Position numbers and translations under genes: made by a program
Part shown: piece after piece, positions 9,977 through 19,104 of the stretch
How positions within the stretch are numbered: the first letter of the stretch is position 1
Layout of the letters: every line of letters starts with the position of its first letter
The notes under the pieces: generated by a model
Told to the model about the DNA's origin: nothing
The model's database searches: none
What the model saw: the letters and a program-made list of their open reading frames with translations, nothing else
IMG/VR virus record: IMGVR_UViG_3300036783_000080
Location: 64,001 to 128,000 of that record
Source: a virus
Taxonomy: Duplodnaviria > Caudoviricetes
Length of the DNA: 64,000 nucleotides
Direction: 5' to 3' (one strand)

Positions 9977-10235
9977 TATGTTACATTATACATCAGGAAC
10001 TTATTTCAGAGTCAACCCAGCCGCTAATGGAGATACATGGTTCTATGAATACGATTCTGTACGTGTTACGATTAAGACTATGGATGGAGAGGTTACACAT
10101 ACAGGCATCATTACACATCTAGCAGCAAACAGGATGATACTACAGATTAAGTTCACACATTCAATGAACATCTACTTCAAAGAGATAGTATCCATAACAA
10201 AGATTGAAGACCATAAGGAGCTGAATATGAGATGA
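9960..10235 (+). CDS. small Sm/SH3-like barrel protein
   Basis: paralog of 10232 and 10640 ORFs; start may be ATG 9978. Confidence 0.55.
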   Translation: MMRTFNMLHYTSGTYFRVNPAANGDTWFYEYDSVRVTIKTMDGEVTHTGIITHLAANRMILQIKFTHSMNIYFKEIVSITKIEDHKELNMR

Positions 10236-10450
10236 GAGTTGAAACAGGAAGGTATATGAAGGTGGATGACACCTTCTTCTATGTTGAAGAATATGTCAAG
10301 GTTGTAATGAAGAACGGCAACAGCCATATTGGAACTATTGTAGAACTAGCGGACACTTATATCACTTTGGACGTTAAAGGTGTAAGCAGAGGTGTGACAA
10401 TGTTCATTGAGCGTATAGAACGTATTGACCATATTAGGAAGGTGAAGTGA
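10232..10450 (+). CDS. small Sm/SH3-like barrel protein
   Basis: VKVVMKNGNSHIGTIVEL pattern. Confidence 0.6.
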   Translation: MRVETGRYMKVDDTFFYVEEYVKVVMKNGNSHIGTIVELADTYITLDVKGVSRGVTMFIERIERIDHIRKVK

Positions 10451-10638
10451 TGGATAGCTTATACAAACCAGTAGTGCCTAAATGGGTTGCTAGAATCCTT
10501 CAAAAGAAGAAGATTAAAGACCCATGCGCAACTATGGGACAAACGAAAGAATGGGATGAATGGAAACGAAGGTATTCAAGGAAGTACAAATATGCTATGT
10601 TGAATGGATGGATTGTAGAAGAGGAAGGAGACCAGTGA
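10447..10638 (+). CDS. hypothetical protein, DUF1642-like
   Basis: PVVPKWVA...AMLNGWIVE ends. Confidence 0.5.
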   Translation: MMDSLYKPVVPKWVARILQKKKIKDPCATMGQTKEWDEWKRRYSRKYKYAMLNGWIVEEEGDQ

Positions 10639-10639
10639 A

Positions 10640-10858
10640 ATGAGAGATGATATAACGGTTGGAAGGTTTCTATTGGTTGGTATTGGGAAGTTCTATGTGG
10701 ATGATAAAGTGAAGGTTGTAGATGTAATTGGTAGAAGTCATATTGGAAAGCTCTCACATATCTCTGATGAAAGCATACTCGTGACAGACGATGGATGGGG
10801 AATCTCTCTCAAGTATCGTAACATTAAACGAATAAACCATGTGAGGTTGGGAAGCTGA
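10640..10858 (+). CDS. small Sm/SH3-like barrel protein
   Basis: VKVVDVIGRSHIGKLSHI pattern. Confidence 0.6.
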   Translation: MRDDITVGRFLLVGIGKFYVDDKVKVVDVIGRSHIGKLSHISDESILVTDDGWGISLKYRNIKRINHVRLGS

Positions 10859-11109
10859 TGAAGAGGGTTTATACAGGAGCGGCGTTGGTACAATGGTTTC
10901 TTAGTGAAGACAGCGTATTGAGATTGTTGAAGCATAACAGTATAGGCGGCTACAGTGTCACTAATCTAACTGAGATAACTGACAGAAAGCTCTATACAGT
11001 AAGACACTATGACCATAGGTCTTGGGTTGTAGAGGAAGTGGAGTTAGTTACAACGGATTCTAAGGAAGAGTTGAACGATGAGTATGACGATGCGGACATA
11101 GAAGGCTGA
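10858..11109 (+). CDS. hypothetical protein
   Basis: 83-aa ORF, TGATG overlap, followed by terminator AAGGCTGA/TCAGCCTT. Confidence 0.7.
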   Translation: MKRVYTGAALVQWFLSEDSVLRLLKHNSIGGYSVTNLTEITDRKLYTVRHYDHRSWVVEEVELVTTDSKEELNDEYDDADIEG

Positions 11110-11155
11110 TATATTCAGCCTTTTTATTTTGTTTGAATTATTTCATAATAAACAC

Positions 11156-11228
11156 TTGACTATTGGAACATACTATTATATGATTGTTCTTGTAAGCCAC
11201 TAATCAAGTAGGAAAAGGAGCGATTGGG
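11156..11228 (+). promoter_or_regulatory. early sigmaA-type promoter plus leader
   Basis: TTGACT-17-TATGAT, TTGTAAG, CACTAATCAAGTAGGAAAAGGAGCG. Confidence 0.85.
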
Positions 11229-11624
11229 ATGGAGCTAACTGGACATTCAATCTATATGTATTTACGATTAACTGGAAATGGTCAGACTTATGGCTATGTA
11301 AACGGTGCTGAGTTTGATATGAATGGAATAGATAAGGACTTTGTTGAAGCAGTCGATATGTGTATGTATTATGCTACTGCTGGTGTTCTAAACGATAGCG
11401 ATTGTATGTGGAATAAATACAGACAACCTATCGCAGACGGAAACGTGCCAGACTTTGACGAGTTCGTGAAGGATGCGGGTTTGAGGATAACTACAACGAA
11501 TAACCTTATCAGAGAGCTGAGAGGATATACGGTGGATGAGGTTATGATGGAATACCTTCGCAAGACAGTCTTCCCAAAGGCTTGTAAGACAATTCAAGAG
11601 TTTGGTTCAAGAGCACACTACTAA
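11229..11624 (+). CDS. hypothetical early protein
   Basis: 131-aa ORF behind promoter cassette. Confidence 0.8.
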   Translation: MELTGHSIYMYLRLTGNGQTYGYVNGAEFDMNGIDKDFVEAVDMCMYYATAGVLNDSDCMWNKYRQPIADGNVPDFDEFVKDAGLRITTTNNLIRELRGYTVDEVMMEYLRKTVFPKACKTIQEFGSRAHY

Positions 11625-11640
11625 TAAGGAGCGATTAGAT

Positions 11641-11901
11641 ATGAAATTTGAAGTTGGTAAAACGTATGTTGCTGAAATGTTAATGGTAGAGCCTGAAGGT
11701 GGTATGAATCCCTTTACTGGAGAATATGGAGAACGCTTTGAGAAGTTGTCCATATTACAGCCAGGTGAAATAGATTTACAACATATGGAGCAAGGAGACT
11801 TACTGGTGAAGGTACATCGCACAGATGAAGTAATGTTCCTTGATTTGAATCAGTCAATCGAATATGGTGTTATAAAAGTATATGAGGAGGTAATCGCATA
11901 A
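11641..11901 (+). CDS. hypothetical protein
   Basis: AAGGAGCG RBS favours ATG 11641. Confidence 0.7.
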   Translation: MKFEVGKTYVAEMLMVEPEGGMNPFTGEYGERFEKLSILQPGEIDLQHMEQGDLLVKVHRTDEVMFLDLNQSIEYGVIKVYEEVIA

Positions 11902-12104
11902 TGGATAACTTAAACTATTCTTTACTACAATTCCCTGGTGGAGCTATTCTGATTCTAACATACGCTGATGGAGAGGAATATATGAGAACATCTGATATGT
12001 ATTCCATCCGTAACTTTGTAAGAGCTACTGGTGTTACTACTCCAATAGGAACGGTTACACATAAACAGAACTCAGATTGGTATAAATTAGATACAGCTTG
12101 CTAA
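11901..12104 (+). CDS. hypothetical protein
   Basis: GAGGAGG RBS, TAATG overlap. Confidence 0.7.
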   Translation: MDNLNYSLLQFPGGAILILTYADGEEYMRTSDMYSIRNFVRATGVTTPIGTVTHKQNSDWYKLDTAC

Positions 12105-12111
12105 TAAGCAT

Positions 12112-12150
12112 AAAAAGAGGAATGTGGATATACTCACATTCCTTTTCTTA
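12112..12150. terminator. bidirectional terminator at the strand switch
   Basis: AGGAATGTG-GATATACT-CACATTCCT flanked by A and T runs. Confidence 0.8.
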
Positions 12151-12185
12151 TTCTATACTTTTTACACCCTACACAGTATAACTAT

Positions 12186-12515
12186 TCATCGCATTGTATG
12201 TCCTTTCGGTATATCCTTGAGCTGTATGTCAATCTGTATATACTTAATCTCTCCTAATGGGCAAGTGATAGTCTGTTTGTCGGGAAGGTTGTCCCAATCT
12301 ATGTTCCTCATATTGTCAATGATTTCCTCTTGTATACGTATTTTCATAAGCTCTTCTGTGGTGAGCGGTTTAACATGTGGGCGTTCTTCCTCCACATAGG
12401 CATCTCCTCTTAATGTTATTTGTCCAGTCATAGCTTGTATAACAGACTCTGGTGTAATAGCATCCACTTTCTCCTTTAGCCGCTTCAAGTCCTCTTCACT
12501 CATACGTTCAACCAC
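12186..12515 (-). CDS. hypothetical protein
   Basis: 109-aa ORF, GAGGAGG RBS. Confidence 0.7.
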   Translation of the reverse strand: MVERMSEEDLKRLKEKVDAITPESVIQAMTGQITLRGDAYVEEERPHVKPLTTEELMKIRIQEEIIDNMRNIDWDNLPDKQTITCPLGEIKYIQIDIQLKDIPKGHTMR

Positions 12516-12748
12516 TTCAACAACCTCCTCATAATAGTAATAGGTCTAGTCACTAACCATATAACACCAGCCAAGCAGATTAACACTATCCACTTGGATT
12601 CCTCTTTCTTGCTTCCACTTCCACCGCTGAACAACATTACAGATAACCTCCCATAATAATGTATACGATTATCCCAACACTGATACTAATACTCAATATG
12701 TTCAATATAGCTAACAACAATCCATACCTATCCACATAGCATACCTCC

Positions 12749-12997
12749 TTATATGTCGATTATGATTAACAATCCGCCGCTATTATCAGCAGTATACTTA
12801 TCCTTCTCAGGAAACAATACAGCTTGTTCCAATATCTCATCAACGAACTCTTCTGTGACAGTATACATCTGATGAGTGTTCAGTCCCATCTTAATTAACC
12901 CTTCAGCCTTCTTCTTTGATATGATACTCACACCATGTTGTATATAGGTTGAATCACATACTTCGCTAAACAAGATTGTATTAGGCTTGTTGCTCAT
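12749..12997 (-). CDS. hypothetical protein
   Basis: 82-aa ORF, GAGGAGG RBS. Confidence 0.65.
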   Translation of the reverse strand: MSNKPNTILFSEVCDSTYIQHGVSIISKKKAEGLIKMGLNTHQMYTVTEEFVDEILEQAVLFPEKDKYTADNSGGLLIIIDI

Positions 12998-13745
12998 TTA
13001 CATCGTCCTCCTCTTCATCTTCCACCATAGCGTCATATACATCTACCATACCCATAGACTCGTAATAGTCACGTGTGGCAGCTTCCATCTTCGTTAATAC
13101 TTCCTCATGTTTCTCTTCAGGGATATATTCCAACAAGATAGCCAACATAGCATTCTCTCGTGCAGCTTCTCTCAATCGGATTTCCTCAAGCCCATACATA
13201 GTCAATCCGTTATGGTTGCCGCCTGTTATCTCATTCTTCAGCTTAATAGCCTTCAATGCCATATCTGGTGAGATGACTTCCATCATCTGTAATGTTCCAT
13301 ATCCCTTATCAATGATAGCATCAATGATTTCAAGGTCGCTCTTTACTCTCTTAACGCCCATGTGCTGTTGTTTGCGTTCCTCTGTATCTTCCTTTGGGTC
13401 ATTCTTCTTCTTAGTGCGTTTGTTTGTACTGTCTTTCTTATGTGTCTGATTCTCCTCTATAACCTTATCAGCGTATGAGTCATCCTTTGTCCCTCTATGG
13501 GCTTTGCCTTTCTTCGTTCTCTTATCGGCAATGGCTTCCATCTTCACACCCTTCATGATGGCTTCTTTTCTACGTTTTGCATAACTGTAGACGGTAGGGA
13601 CACTTACTTTTAGACCATTCTCATTTATCCACTTATGAACTTTGTTGGGAGAATCACCATCATCCAACATTTTATCCACAAACACTCTTTTGTTCCATTC
13701 AGCTAATTGTTCCAGCTTTGATTTCCCTTGTGTACGTTTAACCAT
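12981..13745 (-). CDS. helical DNA-binding protein, possibly terminase small subunit-like
   Basis: N-terminal HTH-like segment, basic linker, helical oligomer-like C-terminus; function is weak inference. Confidence 0.35.
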   Translation of the reverse strand: MVKRTQGKSKLEQLAEWNKRVFVDKMLDDGDSPNKVHKWINENGLKVSVPTVYSYAKRRKEAIMKGVKMEAIADKRTKKGKAHRGTKDDSYADKVIEENQTHKKDSTNKRTKKKNDPKEDTEERKQQHMGVKRVKSDLEIIDAIIDKGYGTLQMMEVISPDMALKAIKLKNEITGGNHNGLTMYGLEEIRLREAARENAMLAILLEYIPEEKHEEVLTKMEAATRDYYESMGMVDVYDAMVEDEEEDDVNEQQA

Positions 13746-14022
13746 ATCAAATCACCTTCCCATATCTGTATCCATCTGTTAAATAATATAGGATTTAAAG
13801 AATTAGACATTTAAACATACACATATTTTAAAGACTTTAAATCATAACATCCTGTACTATACAAGAAACACTGTAACCATAGAACCAGCTGTCCTTTTAA
13901 ACAGATACGTCCATAGTTACAGCGTTGTTTTAAACTATTATACATACGATATTTTACATCCACATACAAGACAGAGATTAGTTGTCTTTAATACATACAT
14001 ACGATTTTAAACATTTAAAGGT

Positions 14023-14217
14023 TTACTTCTTCTTAAGGTATATCTTATATAGTACAAGCATAATAAATATGTTAGCAGACGTTCTCGCTACATTGAAGCA
14101 GGCAATTGAATCAATAGCAGCATTCGGTTTCCCTAGTATCATAGCAATACAGCCACATATGAATGAGAATACAGTTATGAATATAGCTCCATTAAATATA
14201 TACTTCATTGAGTCCAT
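14023..14217 (-). CDS. small two-TM membrane protein
   Basis: two hydrophobic stretches, AAAGGTGG RBS. Confidence 0.6.
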   Translation of the reverse strand: MDSMKYIFNGAIFITVFSFICGCIAMILGKPNAAIDSIACFNVARTSANIFIMLVLYKIYLKKK

Positions 14218-14233
14218 CTTTGTTCACCACCTT

Positions 14234-14404
14234 TCATTCCCATCTCTTATATAACATAATACCTATAACAGTCAGACACCATACGATATCTAATAGCAGA
14301 TAGAATATACTTTCAACTATATGTCCAGATGTTAGGCTTGATACAGCTACAAGTAAGATTAATACCATAACAACTAACGCAGCCAAGCTCTCATTCTTCT
14401 TCAT
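14234..14404 (-). CDS. small two-TM membrane protein (56 aa, not in ORF track)
   Basis: translated by hand, MKKNESLAALVVMVLILLV... Confidence 0.6.
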   Translation of the reverse strand: MKKNESLAALVVMVLILLVAVSSLTSGHIVESIFYLLLDIVWCLTVIGIMLYKRWE

Positions 14405-14410
14405 ATTGTA

Positions 14411-14572
14411 TCACTTCTTCCTTTCTCTCAACGTAGCTACAATGTCAGTCATGATAAATGATATAACAAATAGCAATACAGTTATCGTGAACAGGTAGTC
14501 TCCTTGTCCTGCTTTATATACTGCAACAATCCATAGGAATGCTACAATAACCATTAATATATTATTCTTCAC
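14411..14572 (-). CDS. small two-TM membrane protein (53 aa, not in ORF track)
   Basis: AAAGGAG RBS, GTG start, MKNNILMVIVAFLWIV... Confidence 0.65.
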   Translation of the reverse strand: MKNNILMVIVAFLWIVAVYKAGQGDYLFTITVLLFVISFIMTDIVATLRERKK

Positions 14573-14585
14573 AGTTGTTCTCCTT

Positions 14586-14789
14586 TCATCGTGTATACTT
14601 AGCCATTAACACTTCATACGTTATAGCCAAAGCACTCACTACTCCTAATAAGATACCAGCACTAAACCATCCAATTGCTTTCGTTAGTTCTTCCATAGTG
14701 TCCCCTAATAGAAAGTATGTTCCTACTCCAAAGAACATACCGATGATGAATAGCACTACAACATATTTAGTCATCCCTACGTTTCTCAT
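14586..14789 (-). CDS. small two-TM membrane protein
   Basis: two hydrophobic helices. Confidence 0.65.
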   Translation of the reverse strand: MRNVGMTKYVVVLFIIGMFFGVGTYFLLGDTMEELTKAIGWFSAGILLGVVSALAITYEVLMAKYTR

Positions 14790-15004
14790 TATATATTCCA
14801 GCTTCCATACGCTTGTACATAGTCTTCAGTTGTCATTGTAAACGCAAATGCTAGTCTCTTCTTCATGTTAGGCTTTGCTGCTGTACCTATATTGAACTCT
14901 TGTCTGTTTAATCGAACTTTCTCCACTTTGTTCTTCATCTTTCTTCTGAACTGTACGTATTCTTTTCTTGTTTTGAATATCTTACATATCAATACTGCTT
15001 TCAT
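14789..15004 (-). CDS. hypothetical basic protein
   Basis: 71-aa ORF in operon. Confidence 0.65.
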   Translation of the reverse strand: MKAVLICKIFKTRKEYVQFRRKMKNKVEKVRLNRQEFNIGTAAKPNMKKRLAFAFTMTTEDYVQAYGSWNI

Positions 15005-15011
15005 TGGCTTC

Positions 15012-15449
15012 TCATCCTTCCTGATAGATTCTAAATAGATTGGCCATTGTCATGTGGTTATATTTGGCTAGGTCTGTTGCAACTGCGCAAACGTTCTTAA
15101 ATGCTGTACATCCTACAACTTCCTCCAGATACGTTGTTAGCTTGCTATAAGTGTATGGTTTATAATGCTCTTCATTTATCCATCCCTTTAGATGATTGTC
15201 ATTCACTACTACATATTCAGTAGGCTCTTCCATATTACTTCCTGAAGTCCATCTCCAACCACCTCTGTTCCATGCAGCTTTGCCCAATGAAAGTTTCGCA
15301 TCTTCTGATAGAACTATGAACGCTTCATCAGACACTTCATATACTTTATAGCCTTTGTATGAGAACTTATCTCCATACGTTAACTCAGCTTCAATCCCTA
15401 AACGTAGTAAATCATCTGATATGTCACCTTGTACTAATATTTCTTTCAT
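15012..15449 (-). CDS. hypothetical protein
   Basis: 145-aa ORF, ATGA overlap. Confidence 0.75.
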   Translation of the reverse strand: MKEILVQGDISDDLLRLGIEAELTYGDKFSYKGYKVYEVSDEAFIVLSEDAKLSLGKAAWNRGGWRWTSGSNMEEPTEYVVVNDNHLKGWINEEHYKPYTYSKLTTYLEEVVGCTAFKNVCAVATDLAKYNHMTMANLFRIYQEG

Positions 15450-15748
15450 CCTTCAATCTCCTTTCGTTCTACTAAGACATCATAGCGTTCTTTATACATA
15501 TCATTCCAATACTCTTGCAGATGAGTGATTACACGTACAACTCTATATAATCCTGCTACATTGTTAGGGTTGAATTCATCTTTATCCTTATTTACAAACG
15601 GATAATACATAATGCTACTTCCTTCTTGCGGTACAGTTGACATTTCAAAGTAGTCATTCTCATCTTTGTTTTCACGTAGCGGCTTGCCTGTTGCGATGTC
15701 GATTAACTTTAACATTACAATTCCCATATCAGTCCATATCCTTTCCAA
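15446..15748 (-). CDS. hypothetical protein
   Basis: ORF in operon; start uncertain. Confidence 0.65.
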   Translation of the reverse strand: MERIWTDMGIVMLKLIDIATGKPLRENKDENDYFEMSTVPQEGSSIMYYPFVNKDKDEFNPNNVAGLYRVVRVITHLQEYWNDMYKERYDVLVERKEIEG

Positions 15749-16193
15749 AGTTCTCTAAACATTTCCAGTTCGCACCTAACACTACACCCGTCGTATATTC
15801 ATTAAACTGACTTGTTAGTTCATTTATTGTTAATCCTGGGTTGACACGTGTTATTGCTTCTTTATACATTGCATACGCTCTACTTGCAGATATCTGTGTT
15901 GGTGCTCCTTGTTTCTGTACATCTGCATAGTTCATATTATATCTTTCAGAATATGTGCAAGCGGCAGTCTGTAATGTTCCTGCTGCTATAAGTGACCATA
16001 TTTCTTGTTTGTTGAATAGATAATAGTTTGTTTGTTTTAAATCAGGTTGTATAACGATAGATTCAGCCGCTTGTTTTGGTTCATCAGCCTTCAGTTTCTC
16101 CCAAGCTTTTGTAATGTCAACAATGACTTGCATATCATATCCTGTTTCGTTTTCAACTTGTTTCAGTAGGTCTAACGTTTTAATATGTTCCAT
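15729..16193 (-). CDS. hypothetical protein, paralog of 16427-16957
   Basis: YYLFNKQEIWSLIAAGT vs YFEFNRHEYWALIAAGT. Confidence 0.75.
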   Translation of the reverse strand: MEHIKTLDLLKQVENETGYDMQVIVDITKAWEKLKADEPKQAAESIVIQPDLKQTNYYLFNKQEIWSLIAAGTLQTAACTYSERYNMNYADVQKQGAPTQISASRAYAMYKEAITRVNPGLTINELTSQFNEYTTGVVLGANWKCLENFGKDMD

Positions 16194-16195
16194 GT

Positions 16196-16417
16196 TTACA
16201 GCTCCTTCGCTATTGTTATGTTACTAATATCTTTCAAGGCAAACAATCTGCTGTCTTTCTTCTCTTTATCGAAAGCTTTTAACAGCCATTGTTCTTCTGG
16301 GTGCCATTCCGTACTTCCCCAACAGACGTAACCGACAAGGACAGTCCTTCTTGATTCCTCTCCACGCCAGTTCTTATAATCGAATTGTACGACAGTTAAT
16401 GGCTTTAATGGTATCAT
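16196..16417 (-). CDS. stand-alone WYL domain protein
   Basis: FDYKNWRGEESRRTV...QWLLKAFD..K...RLFALKDI is the WYL pattern. Confidence 0.75.
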   Translation of the reverse strand: MIPLKPLTVVQFDYKNWRGEESRRTVLVGYVCWGSTEWHPEEQWLLKAFDKEKKDSRLFALKDISNITIAKEL

Positions 16418-16426
16418 ATTACCCTC

Positions 16427-16957
16427 CTACACTAATGACGACTCAATTAATACTACTGTGTTGTAACGTTCAAAGAAATCTTTTGTGAACTCCTCTGTGA
16501 AACCTTTATTCAATAGCTTTTCTGTCATTCTTGATTTGATATATTTGTCAAGAGCGTGCCGTGTTGAGACTGGTGATGCTTGTCCTTCTTTTCTGACTTC
16601 CTCAGCATCAGAGTTTGCAACATTCTCTGCATAGATTTCATACGCTTTATCAACTGTTCCTGCTGCGATTAATGCCCAATACTCGTGACGATTAAACTCG
16701 AAATACATCATACCAGCCCTTACACCAGCTTGATATGGATTAGGTTCTAGCTTTGGAACCTTGATTGGCGTTAAATCTGGGGCTGGCATTGAACACGCTT
16801 TCGCTCCCTTTAATCGCTCCCATTCTTTAACAACGCTTAACGTTTCACCAATATCTATTCCAGCCTTTTCTGAAACCTTTTCAACATCATCAATCATATC
16901 TACAACGTTCATCATGTTTCCTCCTGTACGTCTTATTTGTAAGGAGTACGTGTACAA
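16427..16957 (-). CDS. hypothetical protein, paralog of 15729-16193
   Basis: shared motifs; true start likely near 16915 (AGGAGG RBS). Confidence 0.7.
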   Translation of the reverse strand: MYTYSLQIRRTGGNMMNVVDMIDDVEKVSEKAGIDIGETLSVVKEWERLKGAKACSMPAPDLTPIKVPKLEPNPYQAGVRAGMMYFEFNRHEYWALIAAGTVDKAYEIYAENVANSDAEEVRKEGQASPVSTRHALDKYIKSRMTEKLLNKGFTEEFTKDFFERYNTVVLIESSLV

Positions 16958-16964
16958 CGCACTC

Positions 16965-17171
16965 CTATAAACACATAATCGTTATTGTAATAAGCTTGTT
17001 CTTTTTCTTCCCTTTTCGGTATACTTCGTACATGTTGAGGTGGTCATTCCATTGCTGTACCTTTCTGTATCCGCTTGTACGTAGTTCATGAACATACTTC
17101 TTATACTTCTTATATGCACTACCATCCCATGCGGCGTATTGAGCATCACCTTTAACGATATTAAGATGCAT
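16965..17171 (-). CDS. hypothetical basic protein
   Basis: 68-aa ORF in operon. Confidence 0.6.
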   Translation of the reverse strand: MHLNIVKGDAQYAAWDGSAYKKYKKYVHELRTSGYRKVQQWNDHLNMYEVYRKGKKKNKLITITIMCL

Positions 17172-17506
17172 TATTCATCTTGTCCTTCCACTTTGATGAA
17201 TAGATTCTTGAATGAATACATTGTACCATCCTTACAGTAGATGACCATTTCTTTCTTGGATTCATTAACACGTACAAAGTCCAATTCTTTACCATTAAGA
17301 ATGTTCTTTTCTTCCACTGACACTTCCTCCTCTACATCTACAAACTCGACAGTTTCATATTGTTTCGCTGTTTCAGTTGCTTCCTCTGTGCTGAACTTGT
17401 GTGCTTTACTTTTTAGAACTGTCCAAAGGTAGACATCATCTTGTACGTGACGTAAATAATAGATAATACCATCAACATTCTTCACACCATAGTATTGTTT
17501 GCTCAC
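17171..17506 (-). CDS. hypothetical protein
   Basis: AGGAGG RBS. Confidence 0.7.
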   Translation of the reverse strand: MSKQYYGVKNVDGIIYYLRHVQDDVYLWTVLKSKAHKFSTEEATETAKQYETVEFVDVEEEVSVEEKNILNGKELDFVRVNESKKEMVIYCKDGTMYSFKNLFIKVEGQDE

Positions 17507-17518
17507 TTCTCTTCCTCC

Positions 17519-17785
17519 TTAGTGAAAGTTCTTGTATCTATATTCAGTAACATCATTTGCTAGACTGAGCAATGTAATAACTGTAAGAGCTGACACGAGC
17601 ATATTTAGTAACAGGTATCCAAACGCTGACCAAAAACTATGATTCCAGAATGGGAATATGAGTGATATTATGATAGTTACTATTACATAGAAGAAAAGGA
17701 AGCAACCTAATGCGAAACATCCTAACTCATCATCCATTATTGTCTTCCTCCTCACGATGGTCTTCAGTGTCAATGTATGTTTCAT
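17519..17785 (-). CDS. small membrane protein
   Basis: two hydrophobic helices; start probably internal (GAGGAGG...ATG). Confidence 0.65.
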   Translation of the reverse strand: MKHTLTLKTIVRRKTIMDDELGCFALGCFLFFYVIVTIIISLIFPFWNHSFWSAFGYLLLNMLVSALTVITLLSLANDVTEYRYKNFH

Positions 17786-17850
17786 ATGGGTGTACAGTCA
17801 TCTCGACACCGTTGTCAAAGCAAATACATGTTCCACGTACTTCCGTAACT

Positions 17851-18165
17851 TTAGCTCCAATTATCTTTTTGATATCTTTCGAAAACTGATTCATTGTCAT
17901 TCACCTCCGCTGGTTCAAACGTTACATAAGGGACTTGACGTTCAAAGTGTCCTTGTTGGTCTTCCATAATGTATAAGGCTCTCTGTTTGTCCTTCGTCCA
18001 TATATAACCGCTTGGCATTGTTTCATCATAAGCTATGTAGAATTTCTCTTTGTTGAAAATGCTCGTCCCATAATATAACTGAGGTTTGATAAACTCTCCT
18101 CTGTTATTCATTGTCCTGTTCCTCATTCTCCTGTATCTTCTTCTGTGCGTACGCTCGTATTGCAA
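17851..18165 (-). CDS. hypothetical protein
   Basis: ORF; start probably internal at MNNRGEF. Confidence 0.6.
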   Translation of the reverse strand: MQYERTHRRRYRRMRNRTMNNRGEFIKPQLYYGTSIFNKEKFYIAYDETMPSGYIWTKDKQRALYIMEDQQGHFERQVPYVTFEPAEVNDNESVFERYQKDNWS

Positions 18166-18706
18166 GGTGTTTCTCTGAAGCTCTTAACAATCTAATATGT
18201 TCTGCAAACGATTCTTCTTGAGCTGATGTTTCCTCTTCACGTTTCTCTATCTCTTTGGCAATCTCTTCTTCCGTTGCTAATCCCTTTATTGATGCGACTC
18301 TTGCTGATATCTGGACTTTCTCGTTAATCTCTTTTATAAGTTCAAAGCTGTAATTGAGTTTGTCTATGACCATAACACGTCTTCCTGTTCTCGTTGTCTC
18401 TATTACAACAATGTCTCCAACTGTATATTCCTTTCCATTAACAGTGACGCAGTTCTTTTTCTTGTGTAGTTCTTCTTCTGATTCATACCCAATAATGAGA
18501 CACTTTGCAAAATCTAATGGTGACAACTGGTTTAATGCCTCCGCATCTTGATTGAATGTAGCCTTCATTCTGATTCCGTTTCCAGAGAAGTCTTTGCACG
18601 TACCAATTAAATCAAATTGCTTGTTCCACTCATCGTTTGGAATCCTATCTAACGCCGCTGCTATTTCTTTTGTAACCCTTACTTTCTTCAATGTGACTTC
18701 GCTCAT
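18104..18706 (-). CDS. hypothetical protein
   Basis: 200-aa ORF, GAGGAGG RBS. Confidence 0.75.
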   Translation of the reverse strand: MSEVTLKKVRVTKEIAAALDRIPNDEWNKQFDLIGTCKDFSGNGIRMKATFNQDAEALNQLSPLDFAKCLIIGYESEEELHKKKNCVTVNGKEYTVGDIVVIETTRTGRRVMVIDKLNYSFELIKEINEKVQISARVASIKGLATEEEIAKEIEKREEETSAQEESFAEHIRLLRASEKHLAIRAYAQKKIQENEEQDNE

Positions 18707-19104
18707 TGGTTCTCCTCCTCAGCTTCTATTCCAATTACTTCCCAGTTGCTTGAGAACATATCTGGGAATGATGGTGTCCAAGGAACACATTCATGTCGAT
18801 TCCTTAAGTATAGATAAGGTGAATTCATCTTACTGTTTTCATCAGGTACTTGTGCGAATACCATATGGTCAGTCATCCAGAATTTAAGACGCATTGCCAA
18901 CATTCCTGGTTGACGTTGAATCAAGTCCAACGCTTCCCCAAACTTTAGGTTTGTACGTCTAGTAGTCTTTTCGTGAAGACATTCCACATATGCTCTTGCC
19001 GCCGCTACCATTTCCGCTGTACTCGCATTACCTGAATTTTTGAAATGTTGTTCTACTCCCACTAAACCTCGCACCACACTAATCATATCATATCCATCTT
19101 TCAT
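18703..19104 (-). CDS. DUF2829 / Thoeris anti-defence Tad2-like protein
   Basis: FGEAL...MRL..W...KMNSPYLY...[15 protein letters not shown]. Confidence 0.7.
   Translation of the reverse strand: MKDGYDMISVVRGLVGVEQHFKNSGNASTAEMVAAARAYVECLHEKTTRRTNLKFGEALDLIQRQPGMLAMRLKFWMTDHMVFAQVPDENSKMNSPYLYLRNRHECVPWTPSFPDMFSSNWEVIGIEAEEENQ

Noticed and set aside
603-11228. Repeated intergenic motifs as a CRISPR array
   Set aside because: Copies are degenerate, kb apart, separated by genes and contain -35/-10/RBS elements; no cas genes are present
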